24,606 nt of DNA from Deltaproteobacteria bacterium (GTDB lineage Bacteria > Myxococcota_A > UBA9160 > SMWR01), in the NCBI GenBank assembly GCA_032128375.1, contig JAQBGU010000051.1:1-24606 (forward strand), written 5' to 3'. The notes under the pieces are model-generated. The model saw nothing but the letters and a program-made list of their open reading frames with translations. It was not told the DNA's origin and made no database searches. How positions within the stretch are numbered: the first letter of the stretch is position 1; each line of letters starts with the position of its first letter. Both the position numbers and the translations under genes were made by a program. Of the stretch, positions 9,501 to 16,672 are shown piece after piece.

Positions 9501-10146
9501 GGTCCCGGATCCCACCTTTGCTTGCACCGACGTGATTGGCAAGGTCTTCGATGACGGCGACCAAAACGGTGTCCAGGACCGGGGCGAACGCGGCATCGCG
9601 GGCGTCCGCCTGGTGACCGCACGCGGCCTGGCCGCGACCACCGATCCGCACGGTCGGTTCCACATCACCTGTGCGGTCACGCCGAACGAAGCGCGCGGGA
9701 GCAACTTCGTCCTGAAGTTGGACGACCGCACGTTGCCCAGCGGCTACCGGATGTCCACCCGCCAGTCTCAGGTGCGACGGGCGACGGCCGGCAAGGCGCT
9801 GCGCTTCAGCTACGGCGCGTCACTTCACCGCGTCGTCGGGCTCGACCTGGCCGATGCGGTCTTCGAGCCTGGCTCAACGGGGCTGCGTGCGCAGTGGAGG
9901 TCGCGGATCGGGCTGCTGCTCGAGGAACTCGAAAAGTCTCCCTCGATCCTGCGCTTGTCCTACGTCGCCGACGTCGAGGACGCGGCCCTAGTCAAACGAC
10001 GCCTCGACGCGATCCAAGACCAGATCGAACAAGCCTGGCAATCGCTGGATGGCGGCTACCCGCTCGCGATCGAGCCCGAAGTGTTCTGGCACCGCGGTGG
10101 TCCGCCCGGCCGTTCTACCGCGCGCCCGTCGGGTGATGACAGATGA
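3517..10146 (+). CDS. Giant secreted repeat protein (~10 DUF11/isopeptide-type Ig-like domains, 2 SdrD B-like domains, degenerate C-terminal OmpA-like region); putative adhesin
   Basis: Signal peptide MDRISVRAGGSRIGVVLLGFVLLLGASASAQA follows ATG 3517 (TTG 3508 is also possible). Repeated K..PGD.L.Y.I...D.LP...N units; GSLWHDADFNDVLDPGE and GKVFDDGDQNGVQDRGE motifs. The ORF-track extension from 3310 overlaps the riboswitch. Confidence 0.88.
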   Translation: MDRISVRAGGSRIGVVLLGFVLLLGASASAQAEDCSALGGVVDGFAGDLAPSQIQIDSNCTIRNFPASNPLNTNFSFLTQPGQSTERWLIIFDNVLHTGQMACNAVAGHKIWFVNGSSSSIQEGCQNLLIPVEKIDKQNPAGQTTAAIGVPFSYTLTMPVLFDPGTGRVINSSGSLNDLHGVTLTDDLNATGVDLTYLSHVAYEQSSRTPVPHTFSNVGGLLTFDNFPIIGAGQQIVIEIAVVLDDTPANVSGTQFINTAKWDFGRLIDGVFYQPLPGESGVTPPLTIATPDLVVTKTGPTTLGRTLNLAEFGQFAIDVQNIGLSAAWNATILDRLPDGATGGMCDLTPEVLSAQVFAADGVTPVPGKGPLVAGVDVSLTYNAAPSCELTLNMLTAAGAIGSDERLVINYRTQLDADSQQGATLTNVVGATQWFNGDSRDTTRQAYTRTLTDGSVGVLDHEDAHSITVALSGFFFEKTVANLTSGVNPTTTATPGDTLRYALRLQTTDVALDDLTFYDDLGDLNASLAFVPGTLTLVASTIPAGADTTNTNPAGGTNGAGILDIRSLSVPINSEILVEFDITLDSTLRDGTVVANQADLISTLKLADSDDPNINGQAGSDVVGDEDPTRVVIATPPVGPLLKENTQATASVGEVFRYRIVIPQTPYAFPLFDVRIVDDLTDSSADLRFAGVTKIAGSGAWTPVNTGDATHLLIEDPAVGISIPAGEQIVVEIAVVLADTATNISGLAFTNTASYSYNAVDDDDGSQRVGDPGTTEPMTIVGPDVLTLEKSGPATLTIGMSGTFSLDVHNASDGPAWNLTITDRLPSTPTGGTCDTVPSGVTARVFETDGTTPVSAQLVEGTDFAVSFIAEPGCELTATMLSTQATVDAGQRLVVTYQARLDADSQDAAVLTNVAGATEWFGADGSNPDTADDRRVYTRTLTNGTVGVLDHEDAHNVAVALPEYRFEKTVVNVTSGADPATTAAPGDILRYRLRVENFGDTPLGDFRVLDELDRLNSPAAFQAGTLVLVSVPAGADTSNTSSTAGARGSGVLDVRNLSLPGPNDSLVIEFEITLAPVLANGTLVTNQSQLLLGDAPIADSDDPNVNGPADPLVVGDEDPTQVAIVSAPAFRVEKVSAYVTGDPSVLLAGETLRYTITVKNIGADDSDDSLLVDAIPVNTRYVSGSTTLNGAPVADSPSGTSPLSDGIPIHAPEDPTPGVLRAGTDSTQNNVASIVFEVVVDSDVIDGTVISNQAFVSAIEGGVTDQPSDDPRTPIADDPTRDVVGASPLLFAPKSVALLVDAGTPGIVDPGDVLHYAISVLNTGTVAATGVALTDSVPANTSYVADSTTLNGLPVGRPDGGVSPLAAGVPMHSSDLTPPLPGPGAGILNPGESALLEFDLQVDSGVPGGTIISNQAMVRSFQLSDLLTDGDGNPATGPEPTQVVVGDGQQVSITKQVTVVGGGAALPGSVLEYVVRVVNIAAVPAFSVLIRDDLDAPAPGQLAYVDSSATLNGSLAGVSVVGSVIRADYSAVYGPLQPGEEVALRFRAVINANLALGTTLTNTGVVTWNTPQQSASASVSVDVGGMPGVGIVSGSLWHDADFNDVLDPGEQVLSGWSIAFYRNAQLVTSVVSDAAGTYRIGGLEPNDANADAYELRFAAPGAGPNTAALGRADSVFSNGLQKISDIAVASGSNLPNLNLPIDPNGVVYGAISRRPVAGATLTLLNASAAAPLPSQCFDDSAQQGQVTRSDGYYKFDLNFSDAACPNGSSYRIELGAPGVGYVPGYSEIIPPTSDAATAPLVVPACPGGADDAVPTTPQHCEAQASEFAPFASVPARTAGTRYFVHLTLDESRLPGSGQIFNNHIPLDPVLDGAVAITKTAASLLVSRGQLVPYEITLRNELGADLPDVSIVDRFPAGFRYVEGSARIDGKPAEPIVQGQELRWTDLAVGTSDRLRLVLLLAVGAGVNEGEFVNRVRAVSSLTGAGLSGEATATVRVVPDPTFACTDVIGKVFDDGDQNGVQDRGERGIAGVRLVTARGLAATTDPHGRFHITCAVTPNEARGSNFVLKLDDRTLPSGYRMSTRQSQVRRATAGKALRFSYGASLHRVVGLDLADAVFEPGSTGLRAQWRSRIGLLLEELEKSPSILRLSYVADVEDAALVKRRLDAIQDQIEQAWQSLDGGYPLAIEPEVFWHRGGPPGRSTARPSGDDR

Positions 10147-13100
10147 ATGCGATGCCGAAGCGCGCTGGTCTGTTGTTGTTGTTGCTGTTGTTGCTGTGGA
10201 TGTTCCTGGCCGCTCCGCTCGTGGGAGCCAGGGACGTCGTGGAGATGACGCCTTCTGCAGGCGTGGAGAAGCACCTGCCGAGCGATGAGCCCTTCACGCA
10301 GTGGTCACAGGACCCGGAGCTGCTTGCAACCGAAGCCGGCGATCGGCTGGAGCAGCGTGAAGTCTCTGCCGACCGGGCGGAGACCGTAAAGCTCAAGAAC
10401 GTGGTTCCGCCGATCCGGTTCGAGTCGGGCGTCACGGATATCCCGCCGAGCACCATCGAGAGGCTGCGGGAGATTCTCGACGGCATGCGACATCTCGGCA
10501 ACGTCCGGCTGCACGTCGTCGGTCACGCCGATGACGAGCCCTTGTCAGATCGCCTGGCCGGGATCTACGGCGACAATTCCGGGCTCTCGCGGGAACGGGC
10601 GGGTGAGGTTGCCGAGTTCATCCAGCGCGCGCTGGCCCTTCCCCCGGAGGCGATCTCGTTCGAGTGGGCGGGAGACCGGCAGCCGATCGCCAGTAACGCG
10701 ACCGCTACGGGAAGGGCACGGAACCGGCGTGTGGAGGTCGAGGTCTGGCATGATTCCGTGTCGCAGCAGGTCTCAACGCGGGAAGTGGTCGTCGCCGAGG
10801 AGATCAAGCGCATCAAGATCTGCCGGACTGAGACGATCTGCTTGCTCCGCTACCGCGAAGGCCACGCACGGCGCGCGCGCGTGAAGAACCTCGTCGCACC
10901 ACTGCACTACGATGACGAGACGTTCGGCGTACCGGAGCAGGTCACTGCGCAGATCGCGGAGGCGTTGCACAACCTCCGAGACAAGCGCAACGTCACGATC
11001 AAGTTCATCGGCTTCACCGATGACATCCCGCTGACAGGGCGAGCGGAACGCATCTTCGGCACGCATCTCGCGATGTCGAAGGCCCGGGCGCGCCGGGTGG
11101 CGCTCGCGGTACAAGAGGCGCTCGATCTGTCGACCGCGGCGATCGACAGCGACGGCCGCGGGACGAGCCGGCCCCTCGCCTCGAACGAGACGGTCCAGGG
11201 CCGAGCTCTCAATCGCCGCATCGAGGTGGAGTTCTGGCACGACGACCCGCTGCAGGAGCTGCCCGACGATCCGCAGCCGTGTCCGGACGCGGCTGACGCC
11301 GAGTGGCTGACGAAGGTCTACGATCCCCCTTGGGGCTCGATCGCGCCACTGGCGATCGAAGACGGTGAGGCCTCGATTCCGCCTGGCTATGGGGGCGCGC
11401 TGCGTCGGGCTATGGCCGACATCGCCGATAGGACGAACGTACGGCTGCGTTTTGTCGGCTACACGCGAAACGAACGCCTCGATCGCCGCACGGCCATCGT
11501 CTACGGCGATGACATCGGATTGTCGGCCGATCGTGCGCGCCGGGCGATGGAAACCATCAACGCACAGCTCGAGCTCTCGGATGCGCAGGCCGAGCACGAA
11601 GGCCGCGGCTACGTCCACGCGAGCGACGTAGTCAACGCTGGATTCCTACAAGGAGACACGTCATACGTCGTCGTCGAGGTCGTCTACGACGAGCTCGCGC
11701 TGCTCGACGACTACGAGGGCGTCGAGATTACGCCGATCACGCGAGAACTGCGCGCGAGCAACCCGCTGGCGCTCAATCTGATGCACATCACTGTCGACGG
11801 TGAGCCGATCGACGACCCGGGGCGCAGTTCTTCAGACACTCAACGGTGTACAGACGTCGCGCTGGAGCAGGCCGACATCCGGTTCCGCTTCGACAACCTC
11901 GAATCCGGTCCCCGGCTCAGCGTTACCGCTCAGCCGAGCACGATCCCGGTCGGCCGCGTCGGGACTGTGGAAGCCGATCGAACCGCCTCGTCACCGGTCG
12001 TCGAGTTCAAGATATACACCAACTATCCGCATTTCATCGAGCGTTCGGAAGTGCGGATTTTCGTCGAGGGGCAGTCCGTCCAGGCGGATCCCCTCGACGT
12101 AGCGGACGTCGGCCTCGATGGTATCGCGCGCTGGCGGCCGGCTGTGAAAGGGTTCGAGTCGCCGGTGGGTGTCCTGCAGTATGTGCTGCGTGCATACGAC
12201 GCGGAGGGGCATTTCGACGAGACAACGCCGCAGCAGATGTGGTTGGTGCATCGCGAATCGAAAGACGCGGACGCGAGTGAGCAGCCCTCGAGTCATGTGT
12301 TGCAGGCTGGATACGGGGAGAGCGGCCCGTTGATACGCAATATTCCGCTCGGCAACGCGGGCACCGTTCACGTCCAAGGCCGCGGGATTCCGCCGCAGCA
12401 CGGGGTGTGGTTTGCCGGCGAGCCAGTTCCGGTCGACGCGCATGGAAGCTTCGTCGCCGAGGTCATCTTGCCTGCCGGGATGCACACCGTCGAGGTGGCT
12501 GTACTCGACCCAAACGGCAACGGAGAACTCTTCTTGCGTGACCTGAAGCTCGAGCGAAACGACTGGTTCTACGTCGGAATCGCCGACCTCACGCTCTCCT
12601 ACAATCGAAGCGATGGACCCGTCGATCTACTCACGGGCAAGGACTCTCGCTACGACAACGACTCATGGGCAGACGGACGCCTCGCGTTCTATCTGAACGG
12701 CAAGTTCGGCGAGGATTGGAGTCTGACGGCGAGCGCCGACACGCGCGAGGATGCGATCGAGGATCTGTTCACGAACTTCCTCGACAAAACCCCGGATTCG
12801 TTGTTCAGGCGGATAGATCCCGACTATCACTACCCGACCTTCGGCGACGACAGCAGCGTCGATGAAACCGCGCCGACGCTGGGCAAGTTCTACGCCAAAC
12901 TCGACAAGGGCGACAGCCACGCGCTCTGGGGCAATTTCAGGGTCGGCTACGTCGACAACGAGCTCGCTCTGGTGGAGCGGGGTCTCTACGGTGGCAACCT
13001 TCACTACGAGTCCGAGTCGACAACCGGTTTCGGCGAAAAACACTTGCAGGTCGACGGCTTCGCGGCGGACCCGGGCACCGTGGCGAGCCGCGAAGAATTC

Positions 13101-15245
13101 CGCGGTACTGGCGGATCGCTGTACTTCCTGCGCACACAGGACATTTTGACCGGCTCCGAACGCGTTCGGATCGAGGGGCGCGACAAGGACTCCGGGCTCG
13201 TGACCAGCGTGGTGAATCTGACGCCTGTTCTCGATTACGACGTCGACTATCTCCAGGGCCGTATCCTGCTGTCGGAACCGCTCACTTCGACGGTGGACGA
13301 CAAGCTGCTGGTTCGCAGCCAGGGCCTGAGCGGCGACGAAATCTGGCTGGTCGTCCAGTACGAACATTCACCCGGTTTCGACAATGTCGACACGCTCGCG
13401 ACCGGAGGTCAGGCCCACTACTGGCTCAACGACTTCATCAAGTTGGGTGTGATGGCCAGCCGCAGCGAGGAGGACGACATCGACAGCAACCTCTATGCCG
13501 CCGATCTCACCGTACGCAAGAGCGCCCAGTCTTGGTTGAAACTGCAAGCCGGCCGCAGCGAGGGGCTGGTTTCGTCCACGTTGCGTTCCGACGACGGTGG
13601 CTTCCGCTTCCTCGGCATCGACAGCCTGGATCTCACCAAAGCCGACGGCAACGCCTACCGTGCAGACGTCGTCATTGAATTCGCCGATTTTCTCGAATCC
13701 GGCCAAGGGCAGTCGAGTGTGTACGCGCAGCATCTCGACGCCGGATATTCGGCGCCGGGTCTGACGACGCTCACCGATACGCTGCAGTTCGGCGGTACCT
13801 TCCGGATTCCCTTTGCACAGCAGCTGTACCTGGCCGGAAAGGCCGACAGCCTGGTCCAGCAGGACGGGCTCGAAACCCACGCACAGGAACTCGACGTCGG
13901 CTACCAGTTGACGAATCACTGGAGCTTGAGCACCGGAGCCAGAAACGACCATCGACACGACGATTCGCGTTTTGTGCCGCAGACCCAGCAGCAGGGGCGG
14001 CGAACCGACGCCGTCGTGGAAGTGGCATACGACTCGAATTCGCGGTGGCGCAGCTACGGCTTCGCGCAGGCCACGCTCGCGAAATCGGGTGATCGGGACG
14101 AAAACCGGCGCGCCGGTGTCGGCGGCGCCTACCGCATCAACGAACGCATGCTGCTCGACGGCGAAGTGTCCTATGGCGATCTTGGCATCGCAGCCAAGCT
14201 CGGCACGCGTTACAAACAGTCCGAGGGCACGGAGCGCTATCTCAGCTATGTGTTCGGCGACGAGCAGGCGGAAAACGGCTTGCACACCAGCCGGGGCAGT
14301 CTGATCTCCGGCTTGAGGTCGCGCCTGTCGGATAGCGCGAGCGTCTACGTCGAGGACCGATATCAGCACTCGGATTCGATGAACGGCCTGAGCAGGGCCG
14401 TGGGGATCAAGCTGGCGCCGACCGATCGCTGGAACCTCGGTGCCAGCTGGGAGACCGGCACCCTGATCGACCGAATCACGCAAGCGGAGACCCGACGCAA
14501 CGCCGGCGGAGCGCGCATCGGCTACGGCTTCGACCGATTACAGCTTTCCAGCGGCCTGGAATACCGCTTCGATGAGGCGGAGCAGCTGGACGGCTCGTGG
14601 ACGGAACGAAGCACGTGGCTGCTCCGGAACAACCTGAAGTTTCAGATGTCGCCGGATTGGCGGCTGGTTGGCAAGCTCAACTACGCACACAGCGACAGCT
14701 CGCTCGGGCAGTTCTTCGACGGTGGCTACACCGAGGCCGTAATGGGCTACGCGTTCCGTCCGGTCGCGCACGATCGCCTGCATGCGCTCGCCAAGTATAC
14801 CTACTTCTACAACTTCCCGACTGCGGAACAGGTCACGCTCGAGAACACCCCGGTACTGTTCGTCCAGAAGAGTCACGTCGCGTCGGTGGACCTCAGCTAC
14901 GACCTGACCGAGAACTGGTCGATCGGTGGGAAGTATGCCTATCGCCTGGGCCAGGTGAGTCTCGAACGCAAGAATCCGGACTTCTTCGACAACGACGCGC
15001 ATCTCTACGTCCTGCGCACGGACCTTCGCGTGCTGAAAAACTGGGAGGGGTTGGTGGAGGCGCGCATGCTTCATCTGCCCGATCTGAACGAGCGACGCGC
15101 CGGCGCTCTGATCGGCATCTACCGATACCTGGGGGAGCACTTCAAGGTCGGTGTCGGCTACAACTTCACCGATTTTTCGGACGACCTGACCGACCTGGAT
15201 TACGACCAGCAAGGCGTTTTCTTCAACGTGATCGGCACGCTGTGA
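10143..15245 (+). CDS. OmpA/MotB-like peptidoglycan-binding multidomain protein with a large C-terminal outer-membrane beta-barrel
   Basis: Signal peptide. OmpA_C-like motifs VGHAD...LSRERA...GRARNRRVEV and IGFTD...MSKARA...GRALNRRIEV, plus a degenerate third copy. The ~890-aa C-terminal part has amphipathic aromatic beta-strands ending GVFFNVIGTL. ATGA overlap with the upstream gene. Confidence 0.88.
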   Translation: MNAMPKRAGLLLLLLLLLWMFLAAPLVGARDVVEMTPSAGVEKHLPSDEPFTQWSQDPELLATEAGDRLEQREVSADRAETVKLKNVVPPIRFESGVTDIPPSTIERLREILDGMRHLGNVRLHVVGHADDEPLSDRLAGIYGDNSGLSRERAGEVAEFIQRALALPPEAISFEWAGDRQPIASNATATGRARNRRVEVEVWHDSVSQQVSTREVVVAEEIKRIKICRTETICLLRYREGHARRARVKNLVAPLHYDDETFGVPEQVTAQIAEALHNLRDKRNVTIKFIGFTDDIPLTGRAERIFGTHLAMSKARARRVALAVQEALDLSTAAIDSDGRGTSRPLASNETVQGRALNRRIEVEFWHDDPLQELPDDPQPCPDAADAEWLTKVYDPPWGSIAPLAIEDGEASIPPGYGGALRRAMADIADRTNVRLRFVGYTRNERLDRRTAIVYGDDIGLSADRARRAMETINAQLELSDAQAEHEGRGYVHASDVVNAGFLQGDTSYVVVEVVYDELALLDDYEGVEITPITRELRASNPLALNLMHITVDGEPIDDPGRSSSDTQRCTDVALEQADIRFRFDNLESGPRLSVTAQPSTIPVGRVGTVEADRTASSPVVEFKIYTNYPHFIERSEVRIFVEGQSVQADPLDVADVGLDGIARWRPAVKGFESPVGVLQYVLRAYDAEGHFDETTPQQMWLVHRESKDADASEQPSSHVLQAGYGESGPLIRNIPLGNAGTVHVQGRGIPPQHGVWFAGEPVPVDAHGSFVAEVILPAGMHTVEVAVLDPNGNGELFLRDLKLERNDWFYVGIADLTLSYNRSDGPVDLLTGKDSRYDNDSWADGRLAFYLNGKFGEDWSLTASADTREDAIEDLFTNFLDKTPDSLFRRIDPDYHYPTFGDDSSVDETAPTLGKFYAKLDKGDSHALWGNFRVGYVDNELALVERGLYGGNLHYESESTTGFGEKHLQVDGFAADPGTVASREEFRGTGGSLYFLRTQDILTGSERVRIEGRDKDSGLVTSVVNLTPVLDYDVDYLQGRILLSEPLTSTVDDKLLVRSQGLSGDEIWLVVQYEHSPGFDNVDTLATGGQAHYWLNDFIKLGVMASRSEEDDIDSNLYAADLTVRKSAQSWLKLQAGRSEGLVSSTLRSDDGGFRFLGIDSLDLTKADGNAYRADVVIEFADFLESGQGQSSVYAQHLDAGYSAPGLTTLTDTLQFGGTFRIPFAQQLYLAGKADSLVQQDGLETHAQELDVGYQLTNHWSLSTGARNDHRHDDSRFVPQTQQQGRRTDAVVEVAYDSNSRWRSYGFAQATLAKSGDRDENRRAGVGGAYRINERMLLDGEVSYGDLGIAAKLGTRYKQSEGTERYLSYVFGDEQAENGLHTSRGSLISGLRSRLSDSASVYVEDRYQHSDSMNGLSRAVGIKLAPTDRWNLGASWETGTLIDRITQAETRRNAGGARIGYGFDRLQLSSGLEYRFDEAEQLDGSWTERSTWLLRNNLKFQMSPDWRLVGKLNYAHSDSSLGQFFDGGYTEAVMGYAFRPVAHDRLHALAKYTYFYNFPTAEQVTLENTPVLFVQKSHVASVDLSYDLTENWSIGGKYAYRLGQVSLERKNPDFFDNDAHLYVLRTDLRVLKNWEGLVEARMLHLPDLNERRAGALIGIYRYLGEHFKVGVGYNFTDFSDDLTDLDYDQQGVFFNVIGTL

Positions 15246-15341
15246 TCTCAGCTCGTCCGAGCCCTCGAAATCGCCTTCTTCGAGCTGGGGAATCGCGCGC
15301 GTCATCCGATACGTGAACTCGCAGGCAACCCAGTGGTGTTG

Positions 15342-15986
15342 ATGACGAAGACTTCGGGAATCGATCGCCTAAGGCTCATGAAGCGCGCAGCCGCCGCACG
15401 TGCGAAGGGCAAACACAAAAAGGCGATCGCGCTCTACCGACAGCTACTCGATCGGGAGCCCGACAATCCCGCGCTCCACAAAAAACTGGCACCCCTGTAT
15501 GCAAAGACGAAGCAAGCCGCAGAAGCGCTGGCGAGCTACCGCGTTGCCGCCGAGGGGCTCGTGCGGCAAGGCTTCAACGATCAGGCAATTGGACTGCTGC
15601 GCTGCGCGGCGGGGCAACTGCCGACGGAAGTCATTCTCTGGCAGGCCGTCGCTGAACTCGAACTGCAGCGGGGACGTCGGGTGGATGCAGTCGCCGCGCT
15701 CGTCAATGGGCGGGGCCACCAGCGCAAGCGCAATCAGCGCCCGCAGGCGATCGAGCTGCTGAGCGATGCGCGAAAGATCAATCCCGCGGATTTTCGGGTC
15801 AGCTACGACCTCGCATGCCTGCTCGGGAAAACCGGTCAGCGCGCTACTGCGATGCGTCTGCTCGAGGGGCTCGCATGCAGGCCAGATCGCATGCAGCTGG
15901 CCCGCGTGCGCGGCCTCCAGCTTCGCTTGTCTCCGGGGACAGGGACACTCGGCCGCTACATACGGGCGCTGCTGCTGCGTCGGTAG
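15342..15986 (+). CDS. Tetratricopeptide repeat protein
   Basis: TPR-like helices AIALYRQLLDREPDNPALHKKLA..Y and AIELLSDARKINPADF..YDLA. Start uncertain (15333, 15342 or 15378). Confidence 0.75.
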   Translation: MTKTSGIDRLRLMKRAAAARAKGKHKKAIALYRQLLDREPDNPALHKKLAPLYAKTKQAAEALASYRVAAEGLVRQGFNDQAIGLLRCAAGQLPTEVILWQAVAELELQRGRRVDAVAALVNGRGHQRKRNQRPQAIELLSDARKINPADFRVSYDLACLLGKTGQRATAMRLLEGLACRPDRMQLARVRGLQLRLSPGTGTLGRYIRALLLRR

Positions 15987-15997
15987 GTCGAGGCTGT

Positions 15998-16324
15998 CTA
16001 CGACAGCAGGTTCTTGATCTGCGCTTCGAAGTCGGCCTTCGGGCGTTGTCCTTGAAGCTGTTCGACGACCTCGCCGTTCTTGAACGCCAGAACGGTCGGA
16101 ATCGCTCGAATGCCGTATTTGCCTGGTGTGGCCGGGTTCGCATCGATGTCCATCTTCACGATCTTCACCTGGTCACCGTACTGATCTGCAAGATCCTTGA
16201 AGATCGGTGCGATCTGCCTGCACGGTGCGCACCACTCGGCCCAGAAATCGATGATTACGGGCTTGTCGGAGTGGAGTACCTCGGCTTCAAAGTTTGCGTC
16301 GGTGATCGCGGCTAGCTCAGCCAT
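15998..16324 (-). CDS. trxA: Thioredoxin
   Basis: 108 aa with DFWAEWCAPC and YGIRAIPT; AAGGAG RBS upstream of the ATG at 16324. Confidence 0.96.
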   Translation of the reverse strand: MAELAAITDANFEAEVLHSDKPVIIDFWAEWCAPCRQIAPIFKDLADQYGDQVKIVKMDIDANPATPGKYGIRAIPTVLAFKNGEVVEQLQGQRPKADFEAQIKNLLS

Positions 16325-16340
16325 GGGTTCGTTCTCCTTA

Positions 16341-16370
16341 TCCGTAGCGTTATCGTCCGTAGCGTTATCG
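16341..16370. repeat. 15-bp tandem duplication TCCGTAGCGTTATCG x2
   Basis: Two exact copies at 16341 and 16356, immediately upstream of the trxA RBS. Confidence 0.9.
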
Positions 16371-16403
16371 GTGTCAGCGGGTCCACGCCCCGCGAAATCT
16401 CTG

Positions 16404-16439
16404 GATGACTCTAGGCAAGATGACTCTAGACGAGAAGAC
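16404..16439. repeat. 15-bp-period imperfect repeat (GATGACTCTAG core x2 plus a degenerate third)
   Basis: GATGACTCTAGGCAA / GATGACTCTAGACGA / GAAGAC at 16404, 16419 and 16434. Confidence 0.75.
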
Positions 16440-16672
16440 AGCGTACCGCGCATTGGCGGCAACGCACTCGCCGTTGACGCTCCCGTGTCTCACGGGTACG
16501 TTGCCTCCGTTCGGACCCCCTTGTTTTTCAACGGCTTTCTTGGGCCAAGCTCGTAAACAACGCGAGGGGCAATGCTGCAAATGCGCTGTGTTGGGTCTCC
16601 CGCGCTTCCTGCCATCGCGCTGGTTGCGAGCTTTGAAGCCGAGTGCCATTTGAACCCTCAAGGCCAGCGTGC

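Noticed and set aside
10170..10196. (TTG/CTG)9 poly-Leu run as a phase-variation tract
   Set aside because: It is a trinucleotide, in-frame run forming the signal-peptide h-region; slippage would not shift the frame.
15247..15290. Inverted repeat after the barrel gene as an intrinsic terminator
   Set aside because: Imperfect stem (CTCAGCTCG...CGAGCTGGG) with no U-tract.
5020..15305. Long antisense ORFs (e.g. 5020-6378, 13368-14483, 14538-15305)
   Set aside because: Typical high-GC antisense shadows of well-supported + strand genes, with no recognisable motifs.
16220..16236. WCAPC instead of WCGPC in thioredoxin
   Set aside because: A common natural variant of bacterial TrxA.
16325..16462. 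N-terminal extension of thioredoxin in the 154-aa ORF
   Set aside because: A strong RBS precedes ATG 16324, and the extension merely translates the tandem repeats.
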